A stretch of DNA of 47,464 nucleotides from positions 1 to 47,464 of IMG/VR virus record IMGVR_UViG_3300044538_000006; one strand, written 5' to 3'. Position numbers and translations under genes: made by a program. Origin of the DNA: a virus (taxonomy: Duplodnaviria; Caudoviricetes). Shown here one piece after another: positions 7,114 to 17,479 of this stretch. How positions within the stretch are numbered: the first letter of the stretch is position 1; each line of letters begins with the position of its first letter. The notes below the pieces were generated by a model. That model saw only the letters and a program-made list of their open reading frames with translations. It made no database searches and was not told the origin of the DNA.

Positions 7114-8413
7114 GCAAACCACGTTCAAGCCGCTTGACTGGCAGTTTGCCCCTTGGCGCGACAAAGCGTCAACACTACTGCTCACAGGTGCGGCTGGTGG
7201 TGGTAAGTCGAGACTCGCAGCTGAGAAGTTGCATGCTTATTTGATGAAGTATCCAGGATCAACTGGTATTGTAGGTCGCAAAGATAAATCAGCAGCGTTC
7301 AAGTCGGTCGTACCACTCCTTCGCTACACAGTTATGGGCGACACGAATTGGGGTGAATACCATAAATCAGATGGCCTCTTTGAGTACCACAATGGATCAA
7401 TGTTATGGGTGACAGGTGTTCGTGATGAGTCACAACGAGAAAACTTGCGTTCGATCGGTAAGGATGGTTCGGCTGACATCGCGTGGTTCGAGGAAGCGAA
7501 CAAGCTCACAGAGGCTGACGACGCAGAGATCACTGCTCGTATGCGTGGCCATGCAGCGCCGTGGCGGCAAAAGATTTACACCACCAACCCCGATCACCCT
7601 CAACATTGGATCAAGCTGAAGCTCATTGACGGTAAGCGAGCAAGTGTTTACTACAGCAGACCTGAGGACAACCCTAACAATCCACTTGACTACATTGACG
7701 GTCTGAAACAACTAACGGGTTTATTCTATCAGCGGCTGTGGCTGGGGCTATGGGTACAGGCTGAAGGGGCCGTCTACCCTGAATATGATAGTAGCATCCA
7801 CCTGCTTGAGAGAAAGATTGCCACACCTGTGGATGGCAGGTACATTATCAGTATCGACTTTGGGTATACAGCACCATTCAGCTGTACACTGTGGCGAGTG
7901 ATTGACAACAAGATCTATCAGGTGAAACAGATCTATCGAACAAAGAAGTTGGTTGAGGAGCACGCCATCGATATCAAGAAAATGTTGGCATCTGTGGACG
8001 TTCCAATCAATCGTATCGAAGCATGGATCTGTGACCACGATGCAGAAGGTAGGGCCACTCTTGAGAAACACCTTAGCATCCGTACCCGCCCTGCATTCAA
8101 AGATATCAAGATGGGCATCGAAGCAGTCCAGTCGCGTCTCAAGAATAAGACGCTGTTTTTAAACACAAATGCTGTTGATAATCCAGATGAGGAGCTCGAA
8201 AAGAACTATATGCCCACCTCTACGGCTGATGAAGTTCCAGCTTATGTGTGGTCAGATAAAAAGCAAGACACTCCTGTTGATGACAACAACCATGGCTGCG
8301 ATGAGATGAGGTATATGGTGGCATATGTGGATAAGGTGTCACGTAGCTTCATCAAGGTCTCAACTAAGGCCATTATCAGGAACTATATCTCAGGCAATAC
8401 GGTAGCGAGGTAA
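7094..8413 (+). CDS. terL: Terminase large subunit (PBSX-like)
   Basis: Walker A GAAGGGKS, Walker B AWFEE, TTNP, nuclease SIDFG and NHGCDEMRY. Confidence 0.95.
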   Translation: MVSRVDKQTTFKPLDWQFAPWRDKASTLLLTGAAGGGKSRLAAEKLHAYLMKYPGSTGIVGRKDKSAAFKSVVPLLRYTVMGDTNWGEYHKSDGLFEYHNGSMLWVTGVRDESQRENLRSIGKDGSADIAWFEEANKLTEADDAEITARMRGHAAPWRQKIYTTNPDHPQHWIKLKLIDGKRASVYYSRPEDNPNNPLDYIDGLKQLTGLFYQRLWLGLWVQAEGAVYPEYDSSIHLLERKIATPVDGRYIISIDFGYTAPFSCTLWRVIDNKIYQVKQIYRTKKLVEEHAIDIKKMLASVDVPINRIEAWICDHDAEGRATLEKHLSIRTRPAFKDIKMGIEAVQSRLKNKTLFLNTNAVDNPDEELEKNYMPTSTADEVPAYVWSDKKQDTPVDDNNHGCDEMRYMVAYVDKVSRSFIKVSTKAIIRNYISGNTVAR

Positions 8414-8628
8414 TGATGGAACATAAATTGGCACAGACGGTGATCAAGCCGTACATCCAGGAGCCTACACCTGGTGACTCTAAAGTACTCGTTCTGATGC
8501 GGCAGCTTCTCGATGAAATGGGTAAAAGCAAGACAGTGCGGTTCGATGAGAAGTCTCGCTACCAGCAGATCGAAATAACAGAGATGGAAAAGTTGTTGGC
8601 ATTCCATCTCATCTACGTGGAGGACTAA
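8413..8628 (+). CDS. Hypothetical protein
   Basis: 71 aa, translationally coupled between terL and portal. Confidence 0.7.
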   Translation: MMEHKLAQTVIKPYIQEPTPGDSKVLVLMRQLLDEMGKSKTVRFDEKSRYQQIEITEMEKLLAFHLIYVED

Positions 8629-10166
8629 TGAGTGACAATTCAGGTCTCGTGGTGGCCGCACTCGCTGCTACCGAGCCATCGCTGGCTGGTAATGAAGATA
8701 GTCAGACGTCATGGCGCGAAGCCCTTGAGGAACAAGGAGCTCGAGTCCTGCTGTACAGGAAGTACGAAGAAGGTGAACACCGCTCTGGTATCACCCCGCA
8801 AATGAAGTTGATGTTGAGGCTCGAAGCGGAAGCGTCTGGCCTAAACGACTTCAACGATAACTACTGCCAAATTATTGTTGATAAGATGGCTGGACGTCTA
8901 CACATCAGCAAGATCTCAACGAAGAGCGAAACCGTTGATCAGCAGTGGCTCACACCGCTTCTTGAGCAAAACGATTTTGAAGCGCTGCAGGGTAGGGTGT
9001 TCAGAGCAGCCATTCGTGAGGGTGACTCCTATGTGATGGTGAACCCTATGACTCTTAAGTGGTCTGCTGAACCCGCATTTGACGGCTTCTCTGGTATGGT
9101 GGCCGTATTCGATGACATCAAGAAAACCGCCGTATGGGCCTGCAAGCTGTGGTCAGAGGGGATTGTTGAAGAAGCAGGTGGCACAACCTCTGTCATGAAG
9201 ATCGTTGTCTATCAACCGAACAAAATCAGCTACTTTGTAGGTGATGAAGGTGGTTCTGAGGTGACCCCAGATAATAAGGTTGTAGAGACTATCATCAACG
9301 AAAAAGAAACCATCACAAATGAAACTAACGTTCGCTTCTGGCCTGTGGGCAAAACACCGATCGTTCGTTTCGCCAACAAGACTGACAACTATAGCGCCGT
9401 CGGCAAATCAGAACTGAGACCAGCCATTCCGCTGCAGGACGCTTTGAACAGAACACTTCACTCAATGGTCATGGCCTCTGAATTCAGCGCGTTTCGGTTG
9501 AAGTGGTCCATCGGTATGGAGATTGATGAGCGCGACATCATGCCTGGCGCCGTGATCAATCTCGTAGTCAAGGGTGAAGATGGCAAGCCCGTTACCGAAA
9601 TGACCGAAGAAGCAGCTCGCTTCCTGGCGGCTGTACGTGTGGGTCAATTCGAGGAAACTGATATTGGTCAATACATCACACAGATCGATAAGCTTGCTCG
9701 TGAGGTTAGCCAGGTCAGTCAGACTCCCATTTATGGGGTCACAACCGAGGGCGTTCTCAGTGGTGAAGCCCTTAAGCAACTTGAAATTGGGCTAATTGGA
9801 AAGGTAGAACGGTTCCAGCGCGACAATGCAGACAGTGTTCGAGAGCTTATTCAGTTGACCGCTGAAATTCAATCCTCGTTTGTCAACACGAAGGTGGGCT
9901 TCCCATCTGCTCCGAAGATTACAGCTGTTTCGTTGATGTGGAAGCCAGCCGAGCTGCTCGATACTCATTCACGCATTGAGATCCTGATCAAGATGAGGAA
10001 GGAAGCTCCTGGCCTGTGGGATGACTCACTTTATCAGAATGAAATTGGCAGTCTCTTGGGCATGTCACAGGAGAGGATTGAAAGTGAAAGTACAAAGGCT
10101 GCTCAATCACAAGCCAATCTACTTGAGTCGCTTGTAGGTGGTGGAGGCGGCATTCCTGTCGTATAG
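8628..10166 (+). CDS. Portal protein (SPP1 gp6-like)
   Basis: 512 aa after TerL; NYCQIIVDK, GDSYVMV, PIVRFAN, GKSEL..IPLQDALN, SGEALK. Confidence 0.9.
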   Translation: MSDNSGLVVAALAATEPSLAGNEDSQTSWREALEEQGARVLLYRKYEEGEHRSGITPQMKLMLRLEAEASGLNDFNDNYCQIIVDKMAGRLHISKISTKSETVDQQWLTPLLEQNDFEALQGRVFRAAIREGDSYVMVNPMTLKWSAEPAFDGFSGMVAVFDDIKKTAVWACKLWSEGIVEEAGGTTSVMKIVVYQPNKISYFVGDEGGSEVTPDNKVVETIINEKETITNETNVRFWPVGKTPIVRFANKTDNYSAVGKSELRPAIPLQDALNRTLHSMVMASEFSAFRLKWSIGMEIDERDIMPGAVINLVVKGEDGKPVTEMTEEAARFLAAVRVGQFEETDIGQYITQIDKLAREVSQVSQTPIYGVTTEGVLSGEALKQLEIGLIGKVERFQRDNADSVRELIQLTAEIQSSFVNTKVGFPSAPKITAVSLMWKPAELLDTHSRIEILIKMRKEAPGLWDDSLYQNEIGSLLGMSQERIESESTKAAQSQANLLESLVGGGGGIPVV

Positions 10167-10168
10167 CC

Positions 10169-11305
10169 ATGTTGCCTAAGGACGCCACACTTACTTCTCT
10201 GATCAATGATGAGCTTGACAAGCTGTATAGGGCCACGGCTGGCAAGCTTCTGTTGCAGGTGAACACTTTGAGCTACTCTCAGAGTGGTTTTGTTCAACGT
10301 TCGCTTAATGAACTTGATGAGGAAGTAGAGCGGCTTGAAACTGATGAGAAGGATTTGAAGCCTACAAACGCAGTCCTTCAAAAGACCTTAGGTGAATACG
10401 CTAAGGTCCTCCTTCTTACTCAATCATTGATAGCTGCTATGGCCCCTACAATTGAGGACACTGGCATCTCCGTAGCACCATCTGCAGTAACCTCTAAGGT
10501 GTTCATCAATATCTCAGAGCGATTAGCAAAGAGTGGCACAAATCCAATCAAGTCACTGGGCACGTTCACAACCACTCTTGATAAGATGGGCATCCCATGG
10601 AGTGTTCCAGATGTTCTTACGGTAACCGACAAGTTTACGAGTTCGCCAGCTTGGATCAGTAGGTTGGAAAAGTGGGGGCAAGGGTATGCTGATATGGCCG
10701 AAGCTTCGATCAAGGCTGGTCTTGAACAGGGGTGGGGTCCGCGATACACTGCTTCAATCATGAGGACATATGCTCAAAATATTCCTCAAGCAGCTGCTGA
10801 AAATTTGACTCGAACACTTCAGCTTACTGCTTATCGAGAAGCAAGTTTAGCAATGGAGGCCGCTAATGGACGATTCATCAGTAAGAAAATCCGCATCGCT
10901 ACACTCGATCAACGGACATGTTTATCATGTGTCTCTTTACACGGAACTGACTTACAACCTGGAGAACGAGTGGATGATCATTACAGAGGGCGTTGCTCTG
11001 AATATTATGTTGTACCAGGCGGACCAGACCGTCCCAGCAGTATGCAGGTGGACTCTCCTTCTGGAGGGCGAAGGCTCGTGCCCTTCCAATCTGGAGAAGA
11101 ATGGTTCAATAGCTTATCTCGTGAACGTCAACTGATGCAGTCGAGTTTCTCGAAGTCACCAGGAAAGTATAATGCGTTCCTTGCAGGTAATCCATTATCC
11201 ACGTTTGTCAAGGAACACGTTGATGATATTTTTGGTAGGCAGATAGTTGAGCGTTCCCTTATCGACGCATTCGGATCGGGTGCGAAAGATTTCTATGTGA
11301 AATGA
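10169..11305 (+). CDS. Minor head protein (SPP1 gp7/MuF-like)
   Basis: RTLQ..AY, LDQRTCLSC..LHG, HYRGRC. Confidence 0.85.
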   Translation: MLPKDATLTSLINDELDKLYRATAGKLLLQVNTLSYSQSGFVQRSLNELDEEVERLETDEKDLKPTNAVLQKTLGEYAKVLLLTQSLIAAMAPTIEDTGISVAPSAVTSKVFINISERLAKSGTNPIKSLGTFTTTLDKMGIPWSVPDVLTVTDKFTSSPAWISRLEKWGQGYADMAEASIKAGLEQGWGPRYTASIMRTYAQNIPQAAAENLTRTLQLTAYREASLAMEAANGRFISKKIRIATLDQRTCLSCVSLHGTDLQPGERVDDHYRGRCSEYYVVPGGPDRPSSMQVDSPSGGRRLVPFQSGEEWFNSLSRERQLMQSSFSKSPGKYNAFLAGNPLSTFVKEHVDDIFGRQIVERSLIDAFGSGAKDFYVK

Positions 11306-11320
11306 TGAAAGGAGACTAAA

Positions 11321-11725
11321 ATGGCAGGAAAGAAAGATAAGCAAGTAAATGTACGTAAAAGTAAGAAGCAGGAGGCTTCTGAGGTCACTCCAGAGGCATC
11401 AGGTTCCTCGAAACAGAGGAAGCCTATTGGTACTACATCCAAAGCAGCAAAATCATCTGGGCCTCAGATCGAGCAAATCTGTTTCAATTGCCAGTACTTC
11501 ATTCCAGGCCTTCTGGGGCCAACGTGTGGCAATCGTGAGGTAGAAGAGTTCGGTAAGCGGGTGAGTGACACTCATACATCCGAGGGGTTCACTGCGAAGG
11601 AAGTGCTGACTCGTAGGGTTGAGGTGATCCCAGAAGAAGCCGATGATGGGTTATATGACCCCACTCCACCTCATTCATCTGACACATTCGAGGAGGATGG
11701 AGCAGAGACAGCAGAAGGAGAATAA
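11321..11725 (+). CDS. Hypothetical protein with Cys cluster and disordered termini
   Basis: AAAGGAG RBS; CFNC..C; basic N-terminus and acidic C-terminus. Confidence 0.65.
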   Translation: MAGKKDKQVNVRKSKKQEASEVTPEASGSSKQRKPIGTTSKAAKSSGPQIEQICFNCQYFIPGLLGPTCGNREVEEFGKRVSDTHTSEGFTAKEVLTRRVEVIPEEADDGLYDPTPPHSSDTFEEDGAETAEGE

Positions 11726-11886
11726 TGTTCAAGGAAAATAAAGATTTCTGGCATGCTTTCCGACAGGCACTCCTGATGATGGTAGATGCGATTGAAAGAG
11801 GATTAGGCATTTCTCCAACAACAGCAGATATACGGCAGGCGTGGAAGAACCAGATACTAAAACAAAAACAAGAAACCAGTGTATAA
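11725..11886 (+). CDS. Small hypothetical protein (53 aa, absent from ORF track)
   Basis: AAGGAG RBS, TAATG coupling; MFKENKDFWHAFRQALLMMVDAIERGLGISPTTADIR... Confidence 0.6.
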   Translation: MFKENKDFWHAFRQALLMMVDAIERGLGISPTTADIRQAWKNQILKQKQETSV

Positions 11887-11888
11887 TT
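11872..11888 (+). promoter_or_regulatory. Candidate late promoter motif, copy 2
   Basis: GAAACCAGTGTATAATTG-like match to 5691-5707. Confidence 0.5.
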
Positions 11889-12020
11889 GTGCACAGGTAG
11901 TCCGATAGGAACGCCGATCAATTGCATAACGGTTTAGGTCATTTTTCCGTTGTGCATGAGGTCGGCGTTCCTCTTTTATTTCAACCGACTCGAAGTCGCA
12001 AATCTCGAAAAGGATACGTA

Positions 12021-12650
12021 ATGAAAACAATTGAAGAGATCAGGAAGATGAAGCCAGAGGAACGGTCGGCAGAAGAGCAAGAGGCTCTAGACGCTGCGGA
12101 GCGTACAACCGGTAACGACTTTCCGAAGAGCTGGGACGAAGTGTTCAATCACCCGCGCTTCAAGGAGCTCAATAAGCGAACGAAGGATGCGGAGCTGGAA
12201 GCAGAACGCATTCGCAACGAACGCGAGCAGGAGAAGCAAGAGCAATTGAAGAAGCAGGGTGAATGGCAAAAGATTGCGGAAGAAAATCAGCGCAAACTTG
12301 AGGCAGCCCAGAAGGACCTCACCAAGATCGCTGAGTATGAAGAGACTCTGAAGGAAACCTTGGACGCTCAGCTCAAGGATGTTCCTGAGGAACTCCGCAA
12401 GCTCGTTCCAGACACTTTGGATACTCGAGGTCAGCTATCCTGGTTGTCGAAGAATAAGTCCATTCTTCTCAAACCACAGGCGTTCGATATCGGCGCTGGT
12501 AACCTGAACCGAAATGGTCCACAAAAGAAGAAAGTTGAGCTTACACCTGAACAAAAGGCATTTGCTCACCAGTACGGTTACAGTGAAGATGAGTACGCAA
12601 AGTTTTCTGAGTCTGGACCAGACGCTCTGATACCAGAGCCAAAATCATAA
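12021..12650 (+). CDS. Capsid scaffolding protein
   Basis: Charged coiled-coil; AAAGGA RBS at ATG 12021; precedes the capsid genes. Confidence 0.8.
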   Translation: MKTIEEIRKMKPEERSAEEQEALDAAERTTGNDFPKSWDEVFNHPRFKELNKRTKDAELEAERIRNEREQEKQEQLKKQGEWQKIAEENQRKLEAAQKDLTKIAEYEETLKETLDAQLKDVPEELRKLVPDTLDTRGQLSWLSKNKSILLKPQAFDIGAGNLNRNGPQKKKVELTPEQKAFAHQYGYSEDEYAKFSESGPDALIPEPKS

Positions 12651-12662
12651 AGGAGATACTCA

Positions 12663-13103
12663 ATGGCTGCTCCTCTGTATATTTGGGAGTATAACAGCGA
12701 CCTTATGGGACAAAACCGCGTACCGGTTATTGCCACATTGGAAGCTTCTGCCGGTCTCGATGTGAAAGAAGGAACCTTGGTCATGAACGTTGGTGGACAG
12801 GTCGATGAAGCGGTCGCTTCAATCACTGACATCCTCGGTATCGTGGCTGAAACTCCCGAAGCCGCATTGAATGCAGGTGACCCGATCAAGGTCGCCCTGC
12901 TCGCACCGGGTATGGTGATCAAGGGGACAGCAGATGCGGATGCCACCGCTCTCGCTGGTTTCAATGGCAAGCTTGTCGACGTAAACGCCGACGGCTCACT
13001 GGATGTTGGCGACGTCGCGAACGGCTGCTTGTCAGTGCATCGCGTTGAAAATGGCGGTCTGACCGTCTACTGCGTCGCTACCGAATTCGCGATGTTGGCG
13101 TAA
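12663..13103 (+). CDS. Capsid decoration/cement protein (putative)
   Basis: 146 aa, Ala/Gly/Val-rich, ILGIVAE; lies between scaffold and major capsid protein. Confidence 0.65.
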   Translation: MAAPLYIWEYNSDLMGQNRVPVIATLEASAGLDVKEGTLVMNVGGQVDEAVASITDILGIVAETPEAALNAGDPIKVALLAPGMVIKGTADADATALAGFNGKLVDVNADGSLDVGDVANGCLSVHRVENGGLTVYCVATEFAMLA

Positions 13104-13113
13104 GGAGTAAAGA

Positions 13114-14052
13114 ATGCCCGCACAACCGATCATTTCAGAAATGTGGCCGCGTTTCTTGCTCCCGATCATTCGTAAAGAATGGTATCAGCGGATGACAAGC
13201 ATCCAGTCCACAGTTCTTCAGTTCTTCGATGTTCAGACATCCAGGACCGCTTCGGAAGAGTCACAAGGGATTGGTGACTTCGGTCTGGTGCCCGAATATA
13301 ATTCACCTGACGCACTGGGGGCCCCTGCGGCAATCCAGTTCGATCAGTTCAATGCTCTGTATCCCAAGACCTTCATTCACAAAGAGTATGCGAAGGGTGT
13401 CGCCATCGAGCGCAAGCTCGTTGATGATGACCAGCGCGGTTTGATCACTCGGCGTGCTCGTGGCCTTGGGACTTCTTTTGGCACCACCCTGGCTGTTCAT
13501 GCCGCGAGCGTTTTCAACAACGCGTTTTCCGCGACTCAGCTTGGTGGCGATGGCCAGCCGCTCGTGGCTGATGCTCATCCCAATCGTCCGAGTGACACCA
13601 CAACCACGTTCGATAACAAGGGGACCACTCCTCTTGATTATGCGGCTGTGGTAGCCACCATCCAGGCTGGTAAGCGCCTGAAGGACGATCGTGGTAACCC
13701 GCTGCCGGTCGTATACCGCGTTCTGTTGGTCCCCACTGAACTCGAAGCGAAAGCTTATGAGATCACGAATGCGATCAACAAGCCTGGAACGGCTGACAAC
13801 GATGCGAACTTCCTCGGTTCGCAGGGACTGATCACAGTCGTGGATCCGTATCTCACGGACTCCAACAACTGGTTCATGATCGATCCCAATATGGCTCGTG
13901 ATCACCTGATCTGGTACTGGCGCGTACGTCCTGATCTGGCGATCGACCCGACTTCAGATTTCAATCTTGTCGCCAAGTATCGTGGCTATATGCGCTTCAG
14001 CTATGGCTTCGATGACTGGCGCTGGATTTACGGTCACGAAGTCGCTCCGTAA
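13114..14052 (+). CDS. Major capsid protein (Mu gpT-like, HK97 fold)
   Basis: YAKGVAIERKLVDDD, GGDGQPL..AHP, LLVPTELE, VVDPYL..NWF, RFSYGFDDWRWIYG. Confidence 0.9.
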   Translation: MPAQPIISEMWPRFLLPIIRKEWYQRMTSIQSTVLQFFDVQTSRTASEESQGIGDFGLVPEYNSPDALGAPAAIQFDQFNALYPKTFIHKEYAKGVAIERKLVDDDQRGLITRRARGLGTSFGTTLAVHAASVFNNAFSATQLGGDGQPLVADAHPNRPSDTTTTFDNKGTTPLDYAAVVATIQAGKRLKDDRGNPLPVVYRVLLVPTELEAKAYEITNAINKPGTADNDANFLGSQGLITVVDPYLTDSNNWFMIDPNMARDHLIWYWRVRPDLAIDPTSDFNLVAKYRGYMRFSYGFDDWRWIYGHEVAP

Positions 14053-14070
14053 TCTCTTCAGCTGTGAAAA

Positions 14071-14098
14071 GAGGAGGTCTTCTTCGGAGGGCCTCCTC
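14071..14098 (+). terminator. Strong hairpin after capsid gene (terminator or mRNA stabiliser)
   Basis: GAGGAGGTCTTC-TTCG-GAGGGCCTCCTC; weak U tract. Confidence 0.6.
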
Positions 14099-14156
14099 AT
14101 CATAGAGTCAATCGGGTGTGCCAACCCTAAAAGCCTAAGAAAGGATACTCATATAA

Positions 14157-14510
14157 ATGGCTACTCATTTTTCTGGTCCAGTTGTATCTGATGGTGGCTT
14201 CATCGGTCCGCAAGTTCAGGAACCGACGGCTTATACTGCTGATGGAGCTATCGATCCCACAGATGGCGTCGCAGTCATCTCGAAGGGATCTGCAGCGGCA
14301 ATGACGCTTGCTGCTCCTGGTGCTGCAATGGTCGGTCGTAATTTGATGATCATTGTAACCACCACATTTGCTCATGTCGTTGTCGTCACAGGTCTTGATG
14401 GCGGAACGACACTTACGTTCTCAACTGCTGGTGAGTCAGTGACCTTGTATGCACGTTCTGCTACAGCCTGGTCATTGGTCAGCAACAATGGTGCTGTTCA
14501 GTCTGCCTAA
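14157..14510 (+). CDS. Putative virion structural protein (head-associated)
   Basis: THFSGPVVS N-terminus; small beta-rich protein after the capsid gene. Confidence 0.6.
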   Translation: MATHFSGPVVSDGGFIGPQVQEPTAYTADGAIDPTDGVAVISKGSAAAMTLAAPGAAMVGRNLMIIVTTTFAHVVVVTGLDGGTTLTFSTAGESVTLYARSATAWSLVSNNGAVQSA

Positions 14511-14520
14511 GGAACTGTAA

Positions 14521-15975
14521 ATGGCACTTTCATTCTCGCAACTAACTGCAGCTGGATCTGGTTCAAACCTTACCAGTTATGATACGGCAAGCATCTCGCC
14601 AACAACTGGCTCAGTGATGCTCGTTGAAGTTGCGAGTGTTATCGGCTCGGGTACACCAACAATTCCTACCTTATCTGGTCTTGGAGCAACGTGGACGCAA
14701 ATTGAAACGTGCTACTACGACCAAACAGGAACAACCTACAGAGTTACGGCATTTCGCGGAGTTGGTGGATCTGGATCTGGAGTAATCACCATTGATTTTG
14801 GAGGTGTCACCCAGGCTGGATGTGGTTGGTGTGTTGACGAGGTAACTGGTGCAGACACAACAAATCCGGTTGTTCAAAGCGCAAAGAGTTCGGAACCTGG
14901 CAGTGGCGGAAACAGTATAACAGCAACTCTCGCAAGCGCAATTACATCTGGCAATCGAGCATGGTTCTGTGCAGCATACGAAGTAGCGGAAGCCTCAACA
15001 CCCGAGTCTGGATGGACAAGCCTTGGTGGAAGTGCTCACTCAGGCCCGCAAAATACTTTTGGGACGATGTATAGTGATAGTGATACAGATAATAGCGCAA
15101 CGGTAACATGGACAACTTCATCTGTAGCGGGTGCTATCATCGTAGAAATTCAAGAAGCATCTACGAGTATTTCAGGTTCAGCGAACATAACCCAAGAGTC
15201 CGATACGTTAAGTTCGGCCGGTGTTCTTCCAATCGATGGAGACTCTTCTCAAACAGAAGCTGGGAATACTCTCTCATCTGATAGTGACCTCTTACTAAAA
15301 GGGACATCAACCGTCAGCCAGGACCATAACACGGTTTCGGCAGTGATTGCCCTCACTCCAATTGACGGTAGTGTAAATGTCACTCAAAACGACAACTCAG
15401 TCACCTCCGAAAGCCTCCTGGAGGTCGCAGGTTCCTCGAACCTAACACAGGCTAGTGATACTACATCTGCTTCTGGCGTTTTACCTGTAGAGGCCGTAGC
15501 ATCGATTACGCAATCTGGAGATACCCTTTCTTCCGACTCTGACCTCCAGATAAAAGCCAATGCAGACATTACGCAGGACAACAATACGGTCTTCTCGAGT
15601 TCTTCTCAGCTAACCGAAGGAGCGGCAAATCTCACGCAAGACGACAATGCTGTAGTAGCATCATCTGTCGTCTTGATAGAAGGATCTGTTGCAGTAGATC
15701 AAGAAGGAGACTCAGTTTCATCTGCTGGCGTTGGGAGTATGAGTGGCTCTGTAACGATTACGCAAGATGGAAATACTCTCGAGTCCGTCTCAGCTATTTT
15801 CATTGTCGCATCATCAAATATGACGCAAGACGGAAATACTCTCGATGCGGATCAATCAACTCCATTCACAGGTCCTGGAAATGTGAGACCACTCAAATCT
15901 AGAATTGCTCCGATCATTGAGGCTAATCGCCATAAAGTGATCAAGGCTAAGAAGAACGAAAATATAGAGATATAG
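14521..15975 (+). CDS. Putative head fibre/spike protein with ~21-aa tandem repeats
   Basis: Ser/Thr/Gly-rich globular N-domain followed by ~11 repeats of G..(I/L)TQ.(G/D)(N/D)T(L/V).S. Confidence 0.6.
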   Translation: MALSFSQLTAAGSGSNLTSYDTASISPTTGSVMLVEVASVIGSGTPTIPTLSGLGATWTQIETCYYDQTGTTYRVTAFRGVGGSGSGVITIDFGGVTQAGCGWCVDEVTGADTTNPVVQSAKSSEPGSGGNSITATLASAITSGNRAWFCAAYEVAEASTPESGWTSLGGSAHSGPQNTFGTMYSDSDTDNSATVTWTTSSVAGAIIVEIQEASTSISGSANITQESDTLSSAGVLPIDGDSSQTEAGNTLSSDSDLLLKGTSTVSQDHNTVSAVIALTPIDGSVNVTQNDNSVTSESLLEVAGSSNLTQASDTTSASGVLPVEAVASITQSGDTLSSDSDLQIKANADITQDNNTVFSSSSQLTEGAANLTQDDNAVVASSVVLIEGSVAVDQEGDSVSSAGVGSMSGSVTITQDGNTLESVSAIFIVASSNMTQDGNTLDADQSTPFTGPGNVRPLKSRIAPIIEANRHKVIKAKKNENIEI

Positions 15976-15983
15976 GAGATACT

Positions 15984-16391
15984 ATGACCCTTCAATATTC
16001 TGTAGCAGTAAGGAACGCACAACTTGATGCAATCGAGACCGTAATCGGTGCGTCTGCTGTTCTGAAGATCAGAACTGGCGCTCCTCCTGCAAACGTTGCT
16101 GCGGCAGATAGTGGCACTGTCTTGGCCACTTTGAACCTTCCTGCAGATTGGATGGCTGCTGCTGCGGCTGGAAGTAAGGCAAAATCTGGTACATGGGAAG
16201 ATGCTTCAGCTGATAATGCTGGAACTGCTGCTCATTGGCGACTCTACGCAAGCGATGGAACGACTTGTCATGCACAGGGAACCGTTACCGCAACTGGTGG
16301 CGGTGGTGATATGACTGTTGATAACGTTTCATTCGCTGCAGGTCAGCAATTTACCGTGACCAGCTTTACAATCAATGCAGGGAATGCATAA
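15984..16391 (+). CDS. Putative structural protein (fibre-associated)
   Basis: RNAQLDA...LKIRTG..PA...GTVLATL...AGTAAHWR...QGTVT...DM; Ala/Gly-rich. Confidence 0.6.
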   Translation: MTLQYSVAVRNAQLDAIETVIGASAVLKIRTGAPPANVAAADSGTVLATLNLPADWMAAAAAGSKAKSGTWEDASADNAGTAAHWRLYASDGTTCHAQGTVTATGGGGDMTVDNVSFAAGQQFTVTSFTINAGNA

Positions 16392-16678
16392 TGTCCACCG
16401 AAGTGCAGCTCGAGCAATCCTCGGCAGAGGAAAGGGTTTACCCCCTTGACTTTGAGCCCGCGCTTCTTGAGGGTGTGACGTTGACGGGAGTTGACGTAAC
16501 TCATGTCCCTCCAAGCGGCGCACCACTTGTGATTAGTGGAACTGTAATAGGAAATATAGGATACGTTCCACTGCCAACTGGTTTAGTTTTAGGAGTTCAT
16601 CTCTTTTCGGTAATTGGTCTTACAACAAATGCCGATCATAGCCCAGAGATCCTCCTGATTGTGACGGTGCTACGATGA
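16391..16678 (+). CDS. Putative fibre adaptor protein
   Basis: EERVYPLDF motif; 95 aa, beta-rich. Confidence 0.5.
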   Translation: MSTEVQLEQSSAEERVYPLDFEPALLEGVTLTGVDVTHVPPSGAPLVISGTVIGNIGYVPLPTGLVLGVHLFSVIGLTTNADHSPEILLIVTVLR

Positions 16679-17070
16679 CTTACAAATATGATCCTGCTCT
16701 GTCTGATGAAGTTTCCTTGGTTCGCTTTCATATAGGTGATACCTCTGATAAGGGGCACTACCTTGAGAATGAGACTATTCAATACTTCATCTCTGCAGAT
16801 GGCTGGAAGAAAGCAGTAATCGTATGCATCAGATACATTATCACACAACTCTCTTCGCCAGACTTCAAGCAAGACTGGTTGGACGTATCCAATTCAACTG
16901 CTCGAAAAGGATACGAGCAAATGCTGAAAGATAAGCAGATTGAACTTGGAATTGGTCGCCTCTTTGCTTCTTCTTCAGTTTCACTGCCAACCAGAGCTGA
17001 TAGCTACCAGACGGACAATGACTACAAAGAGGTCCAACCGTCTGATGACCTTCCTTTTGATATAGGATAA
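16675..17070 (+). CDS. Head-tail adaptor protein
   Basis: MTYKYDP..VRFHIGDT..YLENETI pattern. Confidence 0.75.
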   Translation: MTYKYDPALSDEVSLVRFHIGDTSDKGHYLENETIQYFISADGWKKAVIVCIRYIITQLSSPDFKQDWLDVSNSTARKGYEQMLKDKQIELGIGRLFASSSVSLPTRADSYQTDNDYKEVQPSDDLPFDIG

Positions 17071-17074
17071 TGAT

Positions 17075-17479
17075 ATGCCTAGGCTAGCTAGTGACAGACT
17101 CACACAGATGCTTCAGAGAGAGACCCAGAGGCTTGCTTATGGTGATGTTGCATATTACTATAGGCCTCCTAATCCAGATGAAAATCTTGATGAGTTTGGC
17201 CATCCTACCGAGGTTATCAAAGGAGTAAGACTCGAATGCAGCTTCAACCCAGCAAGCGCGAAGAGTAGAGAGCAGTGGACTGAGCAAATTGAGGTTGCTA
17301 AATTCGATGTTGAAATTCGTTTTGGCCCAGATGAGATCACTCCCAAAAAAGGTGGTCAATTCAAGTTGACAACGAAATTCGATAATCCAGAATTTGCTGA
17401 TCAAACTTATGAGGTCATAGGCATTCAAGACAGAGGAAACTTGGGCTACCTCTGCGCACTACATCGAGTTGAGATATGA
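17075..17479 (+). CDS. Head-closure (stopper) protein, putative
   Basis: DEFGHP...YEVIG; synteny. Confidence 0.6.
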   Translation: MPRLASDRLTQMLQRETQRLAYGDVAYYYRPPNPDENLDEFGHPTEVIKGVRLECSFNPASAKSREQWTEQIEVAKFDVEIRFGPDEITPKKGGQFKLTTKFDNPEFADQTYEVIGIQDRGNLGYLCALHRVEI

